The notes under the pieces were generated by a model, which was not told where the DNA came from, ran no database searches, and saw nothing but the letters and a program-made list of their open reading frames with translations. A DNA stretch of 63,481 nucleotides, counting the filler, from Reticulomyxa filosa (lineage: Eukaryota; Protista; Foraminifera), in NCBI GenBank assembly GCA_000512085.1. It is 14 parts of 14 records of this genome, joined end to end, with 100 filler letters (N's around TTAATTAATTAA, not from the genome) between each part and the next. Parts side by side here need not be neighbours in the genome. Positions count along the whole stretch, not along the records: positions 44,969 to 51,164 come from ASPP01022981.1; positions 51,265 to 53,130 come from ASPP01030989.1; positions 53,231 to 54,745 come from ASPP01014993.1; positions 54,846 to 60,745 come from ASPP01040696.1; positions 60,846 to 62,040 come from ASPP01008789.1; positions 62,141 to 63,481 come from ASPP01027869.1; 8 more parts are not named here. One strand, written 5' to 3'. The position numbers were made by a program, and so were the translations under genes. The number at the start of each line of letters is the position of its first letter. Positions within the stretch are counted from its first letter, which is position 1. Below, in pieces: positions 49,083 to 63,058 of the stretch.

Positions 49083-51164
49083 ATGGAAGGCACCCGCGAA
49101 GGTGTGGACATTGATGAATTTTTGAAAGATAATGATCTCTCCGACTTAAAAGATTCGTTTGTAGAAAAGCAGGTGTCGCTTGAAGAGCTAGCAGAGTTTA
49201 CAAACTCGGAACTGATTGCGTTTGCAAAAGATCTGCGTTGAGTACTTGTGCATTCTAAGTTGTCTCGGCACTGTGGACACGATAGTGTACTCTTTTGAAG
49301 ACGTCAAACAACAAAATGAAAAAGAGACAAAGGAAAATAAAATAAAACAAAACAAACAAACAAACAAATAAACAGAACTTGATGAAACTCGAACAAATAC
49401 CTTCATTGAAGCGATTCGAAAATTGAAGCCTGCAAAGGATGCACCAACGTCAACACTAATGGGGAAGAGTGGAGAACAGCCCGCTCCTTCAGTGTCTAAG
49501 AAGACGAGCGGAGGTGCAGATTTAGTGCATTTGATCATATCTCCTCAAGAGCATGAGGCCATAACAAAACTGCACGACAGATATGACCAAGCGGGCACCT
49601 TATTGAAAAAGTTGGACCAATCGTTTGACGTGCTAAAAAGAAACGGGGAAGTGTGCCAGCAAGATATAACTGCGCGGATGGAATCGGTATTCAAATACAT
49701 CTACGATTGGCAAGACGAGTTGCTTGGCGCTGTGGACTCGATGAAAGCCCAAAAAAAGCAAAAATTGGAACAGCAATTGGATCAGCTGAAAACTTATCGA
49801 GCAGAAATTAATCTAGTTTTGTTTGTGTGTGTGTATGTGTTTAACTTTACATTTTTTTTTTTTTTTGCGTATATATGTATATAATACATACATATATACA
49901 TATATGTATGATTTTATATAATTTATATAATGTGCGTCTGCAGAGAGAAGTGCGCACTTGCGAGATTGTTTTCCCTCCCCTTTTTTTTTTTTAATCCACA
50001 TAAATCCTCCCCCTTGCTTTTTTTTTTTAATTTTCAAAGAGAAAAGATCAAAACAAAATGAATAAATAAATAAATAAATAAATAAAAAAAGGGCAAAAGC
50101 AAGTACCAAGAGTTGATAGACAACCCAAGCTTGGACGTGCAATTTCGCAAGAAGCAGGTGATCACCATGGTGGATGAGTTGTTGAACCGTCAGGAGATAC
50201 CTTTGCTAATGGTCACCCAACCGAAGCTCGAGCTTAACTGGAACGACCAATATTTGAATACTCTCTTGTCGCAGGTCATTATCAACGATTGCGACCAACC
50301 TGTACCGCCACACCTGTTGATCGCTGGAGTGCGGCACAACTCTGTCACAGTTTTGTATTATCGTTATATATTTGTATGTGTAATATTGAAACAATAATTA
50401 AACATTTGAGGAAAGAAGAAAGGAGGGGGGGGGGGGGGGGAACGGTTGATGTATGTATATGCGACAATTAATCGCATGTTTTTTTTTGGGGGGGGGGCGG
50501 TGTTATAAAAGTTGTACGTGTCAATTCTGGCCAGTGACTTGGGAAAAGAAGTACTGGAATTTGTGGTCGAATATGCGGCGTTACCTGAAAGTGAAGATTC
50601 GCAATTGAAATCGGGAAACTCGAATGACATAACGACCCTACGAAACCCTTCGATTGGGTCTGACCAGTCGCGCCAGTCGCAAATAGCAGTGGGAGCACTA
50701 CCAAGACATATGTCGAGTCGTTTGTCAGCACTCGCTGCTCACACACAGACTAATGTGTTGGAAAAGTCAAAGAAATCCAAGAAAAAAGGCGACGACGACT
50801 CGTCTTCGGAAGACTCAAAGTCAGACAAATCGTCAAAGGACGACGATGACAAGAGCAGCAAGAGCGCCAGCGAAAGCGAAAGCGAGGAAAGTGGAAGCGA
50901 TACAGGCAGCAACAAGTCCAGCGGAAGCGAAAAGAGTGGCAGTGACAAGTCGAGTGGTGGTGATTCCGATGAAGACGATTCGGAAAGCGAAAGCAATAAA
51001 AAAACCAAAAAAAGCGGGAAAAAAAAAAAGACAAGGAAAAAAAAGAACTTAAAAACGCACCCAAAGCTCAACGAAGCTCGATCGCTTCTGCCAAAGTTTC
51101 TCGTGCAAAAAGCAGAAGTCGCAGCGCAAGCTTGAGTGACAATCAAAAACGCGCGGTTCGTATT
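49083..51164 (+). CDS. SAM-like + coiled-coil + FN3-like protein, truncated
   Basis: IDEFLKDNDLSDLKDSFVEKQVSLEEL...FIEAIRKL (SAM), a TRIM-like coiled coil, PVPPHL...HNSVTV...FVVEY (FN3), then a Ser/Asp/Lys low-complexity region. Confidence 0.65.
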
Positions 51165-51264
51165 NNNNNNNNNNNNNNNNNNNNNNNNNNNNNNNNNNNN
51201 NNNNNNNNTTAATTAATTAANNNNNNNNNNNNNNNNNNNNNNNNNNNNNNNNNNNNNNNNNNNN

Positions 51265-51517
51265 TCCCATGACGCACTGGATACTGCACGACCTGCGGAG
51301 AAGTTTCCGGACGAACCTCAGCACTCTCGGGGTGGACCAATTCACGGCGGAGCGCACCATCGGTCATGCACTACCGGGCCTGCACGCGGTCTATGACGTG
51401 AGTAGTCACATCGACCAAAAGCGCCGCGCCCTGCAGACGCACGAAGACTGGTTGCTCGGCTTAGTGAAGCCGAGCGCACCGCGCTCCAACGTGGTGCGAT
51501 TAGGAGCGAGAGTTTGA
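51265..51517 (+). CDS. Tyrosine recombinase/integrase C-terminus (P4-like)
   Basis: HDLRR, IGH, catalytic VY and an NVVRL tail. Confidence 0.92.
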
Positions 51518-51523
51518 CTGCCG

Positions 51524-51552
51524 TTGCCTTCCGGAGGCTAAGGGGCTAAATT
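51524..51552 (+). promoter_or_regulatory. Candidate sigma70 promoter for alpA
   Basis: TTGCCT-17 nt-TAAATT, with a GGAGA RBS before the ATG at 51613. Confidence 0.45.
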
Positions 51553-51612
51553 GTCTGAGCCGGAAATAGCACATAACTGATTTCATCCGTCCGGCACGAA
51601 CGGAGAACAGTT

Positions 51613-51885
51613 ATGGGCGTCTGGACTCATCATGAAGCTGCTGCCCGCCTGGAGCAGCTTGCCGCCTCAAAGGCGGACCCGCATATCACGTTTATTCCGT
51701 ATGCGCTCTTGGCGCATTACGGCGTTACTTATTCTCGGATCCACGTCATGCGTCTGGTGGCGCGGGGTGAATTTCCGCTTCCATTGAAGCTCTCGGCACG
51801 GCGCCTAGCCTGGCGACTTAGTGACGTCGTGCATTGGCTGCAAAGCCGTCCCGCTCATGTGCCTAGCTTGAAGCAGCACATCTGA
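51613..51885 (+). CDS. alpA: AlpA-family regulator/excisionase
   Basis: SRIHVMRLVARGEFPLPLKLSARRLAWRLSDVVHWL. Confidence 0.9.
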   Translation: MGVWTHHEAAARLEQLAASKADPHITFIPYALLAHYGVTYSRIHVMRLVARGEFPLPLKLSARRLAWRLSDVVHWLQSRPAHVPSLKQHI

Positions 51886-51901
51886 ATGCAGGAGAGCTGA
51901 G

Positions 51902-52204
51902 ATGGTTCGCGTCTTTTGCACGGCCGACGATGGCCGCCTGCTTTTTGATATCGACGTGCCGGGGAAGATGGACGGTGGATTCTTCTTTCCCGCGGACCCT
52001 GTGGATTTTCACGCGCGGTGTCGAGCCGGTGGGCTTACCGACGTCGAGATAAGAGATGGTCTGGCTCGTGTGCGGCGAGCTGCTTTCAGGGTTGTTCAGA
52101 AAGACAGTCCGCCGAGGGCTACGTGCGCCGCGCCTGGCGTTGAGAACAGACCCGCCGATGCTACTTCAGAGCCGACCGATGCGGTGGAGCCGACCCGTGG
52201 TTGA
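51902..52204 (+). CDS. Hypothetical protein
   Basis: GGAGA RBS; fills the gap between alpA and the primase. Confidence 0.55.
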   Translation: MVRVFCTADDGRLLFDIDVPGKMDGGFFFPADPVDFHARCRAGGLTDVEIRDGLARVRRAAFRVVQKDSPPRATCAAPGVENRPADATSEPTDAVEPTRG

Positions 52205-52205
52205 A

Positions 52206-53130
52206 ATGTCCTGGGTGCGACGTGCGCCCCCTGTGCCTGTCTGTCAGGAGGCCACGGTCGCGGCTATGAAGCACGCGCGGCGCTGGTTGCTTTTCAAATT
52301 GGTTCCGCAGCCGGGCAAGAAGGATAAGAAGATGCCTTTCTACGCCAACGGCGAACCGCGCCGGACAGTTGACACCCTTGAAGATCGAGCACGTCTTGTG
52401 TCCTTCGAGGATGCGCGACGGGCACTCGCGCAACGACCTGACCTCTGGAGTGGCATCGGCTTCGCGCTCGGCTTCGATCCGGACAGCGGTGAGCACTGGC
52501 AAGGTCATGATGTGGATGACTCATTGGAGGGCATGGAGGAGTGCGGCGCGCGCGGTGGTTACGTGGAGCTCTCGGTTTCCAAGAATGGCTACCACTGGAT
52601 TGGCCGGGGCCGCGACTTCAAGACGAGCGTGCAGGGTAACCGAGAATGGTACAGCCACGGTCGTTTCTTTACCGTCACCATGAGCATAGTGTCAGACGGC
52701 CCGCTGCTTGACCTGATGACGGTCAACCAGGCGTTGCGTCCCGTTGACACCTTGCCGGACATGCCTGAGGTCGCGCATCGAGTAGAGATGCTCGACGCGC
52801 GCCAACAGGCGGACTTGCTCTCAGCGTTGATGAGCATGCGTAGCGACGACAGCTACAACCGTTGGGTCGAAGTCTGCCTCGCCTTGCAGTCTGCCGACTG
52901 CGGCCAAGATTTGTTCGACATATTCAGTCGGATGTCACCGAAGTACGACCCCAACGAGGTTGCCAAGAAGTGGGATAGCCTCGCGGGCACGGCCAAGAAC
53001 TATTGGAAGTCGATCCTGATCTGGGCCGCTAACGACTTCGGATGGGTCAACCCGGCGAGCGAGCTGGAGCGTGTTGACCATCTGTCGGACTGGGCGCCCA
53101 AGCTCTTCACGCCAGACACCCATACTCCGA
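52206..53130 (+). CDS. AEP-type primase-polymerase with PriCT-2 domain, truncated
   Basis: GIGFALG...GHDVDD, YVELSVSKNGYH, EWYSHGRFFTVT; PriCT-2 YNRWVEVCLAL...FSRMSPKYD...KKWDS. Confidence 0.85.
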
Positions 53131-53230
53131 NNNNNNNNNNNNNNNNNNNNNNNNNNNNNNNNNNNNNNNNNNNNTTAATTAATTAANNNNNNNNNNNNNN
53201 NNNNNNNNNNNNNNNNNNNNNNNNNNNNNN

Positions 53231-53265
<35 letters not shown>

Positions 53266-53943
53266 TTTGTTTGCTTGTTTATTTGTTCGCCTTCTTTCTC
53301 TCTCTCCCTTTCTCCATTTTGTTTGTGTCCTTCAACCACACTGAAGGACATTCGGAGATAAGAGAGAAAGAGTGATGTATATGTGTATATGTGTATGTGT
53401 GCACGAGTTATAAACTGATTAAAAGAGGCCAAATTGTCCAACTTCATACTGGCTTCATCTCGTTGCTGCTTCACCATTTGTTGTGCTTGTGACAACAGGC
53501 TACGAGGAATCCCAGTACCATCGTCTTGGGCTTCTTTCAACAACTCCCATAGCTTTTCGACAAATGGCTATCAAACACACATACACCACAAATAACTAAC
53601 TTCTTTTGGACATTTTTTTTGCCTTTTTTTTTTTTTTTTGAATTTGACTACATACATAAGCGTCGGCGTCCAAAAACCCAGTCAAACTAATAGTCAAATC
53701 TTTGGGATCTGGAAACTGGCTTTTCTCCAACAGATTAAAAATTAAATTGCTCACAATGTCGTCGTCAAATCCTAAAATGCGATTTATTTCTTCTGTTATC
53801 CACGGCCGAATTACACTTAAACGAACGTTTTTCATGTTTACGCGCTCGTCAAACAGCTTTGAAAACTTCATTTTTGAGATAAACAATTTCTGCTTATCTG
53901 TGAATTTTCCAGTGTCAATTGACGCCGAACCTCGCACTGCCAT
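53231..53943 (-). CDS. PWI-domain splicing factor (SRRM1/SRm160-like), 5' part
   Basis: VIRPWITEEINRILGFDDDIV...PDPK...LTGFL|..FVEKLWELLKEAQ...GIP. Confidence 0.9.
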
Positions 53944-56900
53944 GTTATATCGGCTTTATTTAAAAACATAGCAGTAAATGACTGCAAGGGGGAACAAAAA
54001 ATCTTTCCTTCGTTGCCCTGACCTGAAAAACCGATAATATCGCTAAAAATAACAGTGAGGCCGGCAAAAAAAATAGAAAGACACACTTTTTTTATTGGTA
54101 TTTTATCGCTGCTGCAATAAAATCGGCTCGAATCTCTAGTGTATCCGATTAAATGATTGCTCTTATTTTCGTCGTTTGATTTTTTTCCCAATATTGTGAT
54201 GAAATAGAAATGAACATTCGTTGTTGGGCCACTGATTGATTTTTTGATAATTTACTCGTAATTGAGAGCGGAGAAAATAGCTGGGATTAAAGAATAGAAT
54301 AATAATCAATTATTACTGAATTTGATAAGATCCACAAGACCTTGAGAAAGTAAAATGATTCTGTATTGAGCTACCAAGCAACTGGTTTGTGTTTGCAAAC
54401 CAGCCAAAAACAAAATTGAAAAATGAGAAAAGAAAAAAAAAACAAAATAATAAGAATACAAGTCAATTTTAAGGCAAATATTGTGCAAGACCATAATTTT
54501 CCATGCCAACGTTTGCCATATCAACACGTGGTTTGGATTTGGTCAGCACGATTCTGTGATGAAACTCAGACAATATTTCTTTGGTTAAATCATCATTTCC
54601 CATCTGTGGGCATTTTTCATCTTGCAATTTGACGCATTGGATTCCTGTATAAAAGAAAATTTGTTGTACAAAAAATTGTTTGTGCAGGAAACAACGACCT
54701 CTTCGTTGTGAAAGAGAAGCAATAGAGAAAGAAGAAGAAGAAGAANNNNNNNNNNNNNNNNNNNNNNNNNNNNNNNNNNNNNNNNNNNNTTAATTAATTA
54801 ANNNNNNNNNNNNNNNNNNNNNNNNNNNNNNNNNNNNNNNNNNNNCATGACGACATTGTCACCGATGACAACGATAATTTGTAGTCACCACTCATATAAG
54901 TGCAACTTTGGGCTAATACTCCTTTAACTAGTACACAAAAGCCAATAAAATATTGAATTGCAAGCAACATCTTTAAGATGGTGAGTTTTTGTTTTTATTA
55001 CAAGACTTTTTTTTCCTTTTTTTTTTTCAACTAGAACACAGAAAAGAGAAAAAGAATGTTGTAAATAGTTTTTTCAAAACGAGTTTTAATAGAAATAAAT
55101 TTTTAAAATTATATAATTTTTAAGGTGAAATGGGTATAAGCTAGCTTTGATTAGAAAAAAGAGAAAAAGTGAACAGATGACTATTTTGCATCAATTATAA
55201 TTTAAAATGAAGATTTAAGTAAGCTATTTTTGTTCGGAACATTGTACAATTAGGCATGTTGTTTCGAAAATTCCAATTATATATGCATATAACAAAGAAT
55301 GGAATTGGTGGAGTCTGCTATCGAGACTTACTTGTTTGTCGTTTGCAACGAATTCAAAGAATACCAAATCGGAAATAGACAAAGACAAATGTAATTGACT
55401 CTTGGTTGAATAATCACAGTGAAGCATATATCAATGACGAAAATGATGACAGAAATGAAAAAGAGGAAGATAAATGGCATGTGATGCCAAAGACGACTGA
55501 TGAGAGATACCACTTGCACTTTTTGCAGTCATTGCAAAGCAAAGTGGCGAATAAGCAGTTGCATTCGAACTACCTAGTATCTCGCAAAGAACTGGACGAC
55601 ATGTTGCAAGATGAGCGTCGAGAGGTACTCTATAACATATTTTGTACCGTTTTCTTTACCTTTTTTCCATCTATTTTTTGTCAAATATCAACATTAACAT
55701 AAACATACATTTAAATTCAAATTCAAATTTCAATGGATATTATCATTCCTCTAGTAGCAAAGTTACAAGCGCTATTCAACAATGATCATTTGTGAATGTT
55801 TTTGTACTTGTATTTTGCAATACTATCCAATGTACATTACCAAGTACTTGTGCGAAAAGGCTAAGTGCTATCATGCTTCTCCATATTCCAACTCTGGTGT
55901 CACCAAAGGGCCATCGCTCCACAAGATCTGATCAAGTGGCATGCATCACTTACTGCGGCTTCATCTCTCCTAACTGGATACAGTGTCAACGCTTCATCGT
56001 CACTGTCTTTAACAAGTTTGTTTAAAAGTTTGTTCACATACCCCTTTTTTTTAAAAAAAAAGTATATACATACATTTGTATATGCATTTTTAAATGCTTG
56101 GATGGGGGAGGAAAGACAGAAGCAACAATCAAAGACTGATTGGAAGTGAATTGCTCATATCTGTAGAGAAGTTGCAAATGGCGCTAGACAATTCCGAGAA
56201 AGTTCCGTGCTACCAACTGGATAGCACGCATATGTTTTGGAACTGCGTACATCCGAATACATTCGCAATACTTCTGCAAAAAATACAATTGTATTACATC
56301 TGCAGATAATGCATAGCAAGTAATCGCCAAAACTGCCAATTTGAGTATGTTCTTGTTAATAGTCAATAAGCTTGCTGAACGGTTAAACAAAATCAAAGTT
56401 CTTGGTTGACGCTATCGCCGATTGTTCGCTAAACACCAGTAATTCCATCTCACTGTTTAATGTTGTCATCACTTCTTCGAATTTTCCAAATGGCCTTCAG
56501 TAGCGCTTTGTAGTGTTGCTGTTGGAGCATCTATTTACAAAAGACTCATATACAAAAATAATCATTGCATATAAATTTGTCTTTCTTTGATAATATATTT
56601 TAAAAACTTTTCAAAGCAACTGATTAATGCATGTACTAACATATACGTATTGAATAACGCAGAAATTAAATTCTGTCCAAGATTGAAGTATTCGTGGAAG
56701 ACGGCGATGCTGGATGGAGTAGTATGTCTTGAAAAAGACAATAATCTTTCATTAAGATCTCTTTCATGTCTTGTAATAAGTACTTTTGGTATTTGTTGCT
56801 GTCGTTGTCATCAACTCCAGCACGTAGATGTAGCTGTTGCTGCTGTTCCTACTGTCACTATTTTCACCAACGTAAGGCTTGTGCTCTTATTGTGATTCCA

Positions 56901-58089
56901 AAACTTTATCTATTGATGCGTCGCGTTCAGATTGCTGCTCCAATTCGTGCCTCGCAGATATACTATCACCTTCATCGAGTTGATCACATTGTTGTTTGGT
57001 AGGTCCATTTATTCTTATTATTTGTATCACGCCACTTGAGTCACAATATCTTCTTTCAGATTAACTTTGCCATTGATCGGTAGTCCACACTTGCGCGTCA
57101 TTGCTCACCGCGCAGCACAGTCATGTGTTCAGCTCTTCACATGTCCATTTTCACCGCTGCAAGAGACCAACGCGTCGCCGTATGTCGTCGAGGGCGACAA
57201 ATCTTTTCACCAACATTGCTCGTTCAAATATCGTCGTCTTGTCTTGGCACTCGCTCATGTAAAGCGTCCCTTTCCAAATAAAAAAAATTATGATACATTA
57301 TATATATGTATATATAATACTTGCTAAGGATGAAGGAAACAAACGAAATGATCATTATAGATTTTTTTGTTTCTTACTTTGTCAAAAAAAAAAAGAAAAT
57401 AAGAGAAATAGAAATGAGCAGGCAAACTGGAGGTAGCTGGTAGATTTGCTTTAGCTATGCAGAGCCAACAAAATATTATCAATATTAGTGTCTCCATCAC
57501 TGAAATGAATAGCGCTGTCATTATTCCAAATGATTGGCAGCAAAAATGGAAAAAATTTTAAAAAATTGTTTCCACCTTTGATTCTTTTTTTTTTGTCACA
57601 ATACAGTATTTTACCAAATTGTTCCTTAAAACAACTCAAATTTTGCACAAATAAAAAATCAAAAATTCTACATCAAAATATTAAAATTTAAACTGAATTT
57701 TTCCGAAACATTCAGTCAAAAAAATTTTTTTCAATGTGTAAATTGAAGATTAACAACGTAATACAATTTAATTATATAAACTAATTTAGCAATAGCATTT
57801 ATGATATAACGTATATTATTAAACATTTTTTCTTTCATTTACTTAAATTTAATATCATAGCTACAAATATCAAACTAATTTATTTTATCCAAACAAAATA
57901 TCTTTGTAACGTGAAATGAATTTTAAAACTTCATTCAAAAGAACGACTCGAAAAGATATTAGAAAATAACGTCCATCAAATCACTACCATTAATGGAGCG
58001 TAGCATAGTACGGAAGAATGTGATATAAAGTATAATCACATTTAATAATATAGATGATGTAATTGTCAATATGACATAAATATTGGCCC

Positions 58090-59340
<1,251 letters not shown>

Positions 59341-59599
59341 TGCAATAAAAATTTAACATTTCTTCATAACGAATAAAAAAATATATATAGCTGATTTTGA
59401 ATTAAATAATTCTGGAGGATGTGATATTGAAAAATTATCTCGTATCCCTCAAACAAAGAAATATAGAGGAAGTTGTTTTGTGCAAATGGAAAATGAGATG
59501 TTGTTTTTTTAAATTGAGATAATGGATACGAATCAAATATCACGAAAAGAGCAATCGATTTAAGTACGAAAGACTCCAAATCAGTCCACAATTTATTGT

Positions 59600-59790
59600 G
59601 TTCGATTGTTCCTACGTACGTGTCAGCAATGCTATTCCCTTATTCGGAGGATACGATAGTCATGACAAAATATCAGATCAAGTCCACACATACTTTTTCA
59701 AAAGCAGAAAATGGAAACAATATTCGTACATCTTTGCCATGCTTTCTTCGAACAGTAACTGGGTGTATATCATTTGCGGACAAAACAAGT
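59600..59790 (+). pseudogene. Kelch-repeat gene remnant
   Basis: LFGGYD...VHTY....RKW and VYIICG. Confidence 0.55.
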
Positions 59791-60845
59791 CTTTTGGAAA
59801 CTCGCACTTCAAAATCAAAATTAATACATTGTGCAAGTTTCATCTCTTTATTATGCACAATCTACGTATATACGTTTTATATATTGATTGTGTAATGTAT
59901 TTTTGCGATTACACAGTCTGAAGAACACATACTTACCGTTTCCAAGTATTTGTGCAGAATGTGTGATATCAAAAGATATTTTTGGACAAATTAGTTTTAT
60001 GGTATCATCGCAAACTTGAACATTTGTAATTTGTACAAATACATTATTTTTTATATCTATTTTCTTATTAAATCCTTTTCTTTCACGTCCCGTTGTTTGT
60101 TTCTACGTTTTTTATTTCTTTCACTGTGTTTATTTTTTTTTTTTTTGCATGTTATTGTTGTTAAAGAAAACGTCACCGGGAGCAGCAGACCGAACAGCGG
60201 CAAGCAATGTCGAGAAAGTCTTGCCTGCGAAAGGACAAGCAGTGATAAAAGTGGAGGCAGCGGGACAACCTTAGCCAAGAAGCAACTGCAACCATGCAGT
60301 TGACAACAAATCAACGACAATGTGTGTCCACTGCCGACGTGTTGACCAAGAAAAACAATTTATGATTTATTCTTTTTGTTTTGCCATCGATAAAAATATT
60401 TTTTTTTCAATGTATATTTTTTTGTTTTTTGTTTCATATTCAGTGATATTTTTTGTCCAACTAATACGAATAAAAAAAATATTAATTTCTTCTTCTGGTA
60501 TTCAGTATCATAAATGTGAAATTAAATCATATTTATTTGTAAATATGTATGACTACGACGATCACAGTCAGTTCTTTCACTACTGTCGATGTGATGCTAA
60601 CTAACACTAAAACTATTACTGCGACTGCAATTACAACTTCTCGTACTGCTTGTAGTTACTTCTTCCGATGTTTATTCAATATCAGTTGTTGTTTAGTATC
60701 GCTTGTGTTGATGCAGTATATATTATGACAAAAATTTTCTAATTTNNNNNNNNNNNNNNNNNNNNNNNNNNNNNNNNNNNNNNNNNNNNTTAATTAATTA
60801 ANNNNNNNNNNNNNNNNNNNNNNNNNNNNNNNNNNNNNNNNNNNN

Positions 60846-62040
60846 GGGCGACCTGCACAACCGCATGATCCTGCTGGTGGAAGAGCAGGAAGCAGAAGAG
60901 CTGTCACCAGATGACATCCAGCGGCGCAAGCGTAGCCTGCAACAAGCACTGAACCTGCTGACCCGTGATGCCGTGTTGCTGGGGGAACAAAGCCAGCACA
61001 GCCCGGCCTTGGCCGCCCAGATCCGCGATATCCAGACCGACCTGATGCGCTATCACACCCAGGCCAGCACCTTGCTCCAACTGCTGCCCAGCCAGGGCGA
61101 GGCGGCCGAGGCGCAAGCGCTGCAGATTACCCGGCAAGTCACCAACAGCATGGAAAAACTGCGGGCGCTGGTACGGCAGCAGCGCCAGATGGCCGTCGCC
61201 CATTATGAAGCCGACCTCGCCGACACCCTGCGTACCGGCCACCAGCTGCAAGGCATCATGCTGCTGGTACTGCTGGTGGGCCTGGTGCTGATCGGCTGGC
61301 GCATGCACCGCATCGGCAGCCAGCTGCAACAGACCGAGGCGCTGTTACTCTCCTTGGGTGAAGGGCGCAGCGAGGCCACCATCCCGCGTGGCGATGCGCT
61401 ATTCCAGCCGGTATTCGACGCGCTGCAACGCTTCCGCCAGTTACTGCTGAGCCAGCAGCAGCAGCTGGCCGAGCGGCAGGCCCAGCAGCAGCTGCTGGAA
61501 CAGATGGTGGCCGAGCGCACCGCCCACTTGCAGCAGGCCAACCGCCAGCTGGAAGACGAAATCCGCCAGCGCCAGCAGGCCGAAAAGCGCCGTCGTCTGT
61601 ACGAAATGGTGTTCGAACACACCGAAGACGCGGTCATCATCACCACGCCGGATACCCACATCGTGGCGGCCAACCCGGCCTACCAGCTGATGACCGGCAT
61701 GACGCTGGACGAGCTGTGCGGTAAACGGCCGCCCATCGCCCGTTCCGGCCATCACGACCGCCAGTTCTACCAGCAACTGTGGCAGGAGCTGGCCATTGCC
61801 GGGCGCTGGCAGGGCGAAATCATCAACCGCCACGCCGACGGCAGCCTGATCCACGCGCTGCTCACCATCAACGCCGCCACCGAGCCGGACGGCAGCATCA
61901 CCCACTATGTCGGCATCCTGTCCGATATTACCCAGCTAAAGCTGGCCGAAAACCAGCTGCGACGGCTGGCCTACTACGACCCGCTGACCGCCCTGCCCAA
62001 CCGCGTGCTGCTGAAAGACCGCCTAGCACACGAGATCGAC
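60846..62040 (+). CDS. Bacterial membrane sensor diguanylate cyclase (TM, HAMP-like, coiled coil, PAS, GGDEF start), truncated at both ends, foreign contig
   Basis: High GC; VAERTAHL, PAS (ANPAY..MTG...SGHHD..FYQQLW...WQGEI), LAYYDPLTALPNR. Confidence 0.93.
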
Positions 62041-63058
62041 NNNNNNNNNNNNNNNNNNNNNNNNNNNNNNNNNNNNNNNNNNNNTTAATTAATTAANNNN
62101 NNNNNNNNNNNNNNNNNNNNNNNNNNNNNNNNNNNNNNNNTTCAAAAATCATTTGAAAGAATGTTGATTTCATCCAACAAAAAATAAAGTTATTAAAAAA
62201 CCAATATCATATTTAAAAACTACAATATTTGTAGCTATTTTTTAAAATAAAAAAAAAATTATGTATAAATGTTGATTTTTCATGAAGAAAATCAATTATC
62301 ATCATAAGATATGTTTTAGGCTTTCAGTTTTCTTTGCAACTTACTGTAGTATACTTACATTTGGATCGCTTTTTTTATCTTTCTTTTTTTTTAGCTAAGA
62401 CGACAATAGCGCAACAGACTTTTTTTAAAGAAGAAATTCATCTATTTGTCAATATTTTGTTGGTGTCGGCACAGAGCGATTTGCCGAACGAAAACGAAAA
62501 CAGAGAACTTCAGGCACGAATTCGAGAGTTGGAAGAACAGTTGAGAACTAAACGGGAGAGGTCTCACATGGATGCTCAATCACCAAACAAAGGGACAACC
62601 CCAACAACATACAGAACATCCTAATGAAGCATCATGAAGAGGTAAAGGAACGGAGTTGAAGAAAAGCCAAAATCAAAACTTTTAGTCATTGCGTTTCTTT
62701 TTTGTTTGTTTATTTGCTTGCTTTTTATTTCCGTTTGTTTTTGTTTATGTTTTGTTATTTTTTTCTGAAAATCATCATGTGATTTATTTAAGAAAAGTGT
62801 ATGCAAGAGAGGATTGCTTAGTTATCTGCAATTGTGCATTTGACTTGAGTTATACTGTCTTAAAGAAATATCACGAAAAGCGTTTTGACATTCGCGACAG
62901 CAGAGGCAAATACTCAGTCAAAGATTTAGCTCAAAATCCATTTTCAATAATTTCAGGCCGAGTGCTCCAGTAATTTCCAACAAAATGAATAATTACTCAA
63001 GTAAAAAAAAACACAACAAAAAAAATTCCAAAATAACTATTTTCATATAGAAAAAAAT

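Larger units (their letters stand above)
51265..53130 (+). mobile_element. Bacterial prophage/satellite-like integrative element fragment (foreign contig)
   Basis: GC-rich, intronless and dense, with integrase-AlpA-ORF-primase gene order. Confidence 0.85.

Noticed and set aside
55280-57260. Coding-like fragments on both strands (similar ones at 3030-3420, 42900-43240 and 62460-62970)
   Set aside because: I could not build a consistent exon chain or recognise a family; they are probably decayed genes.
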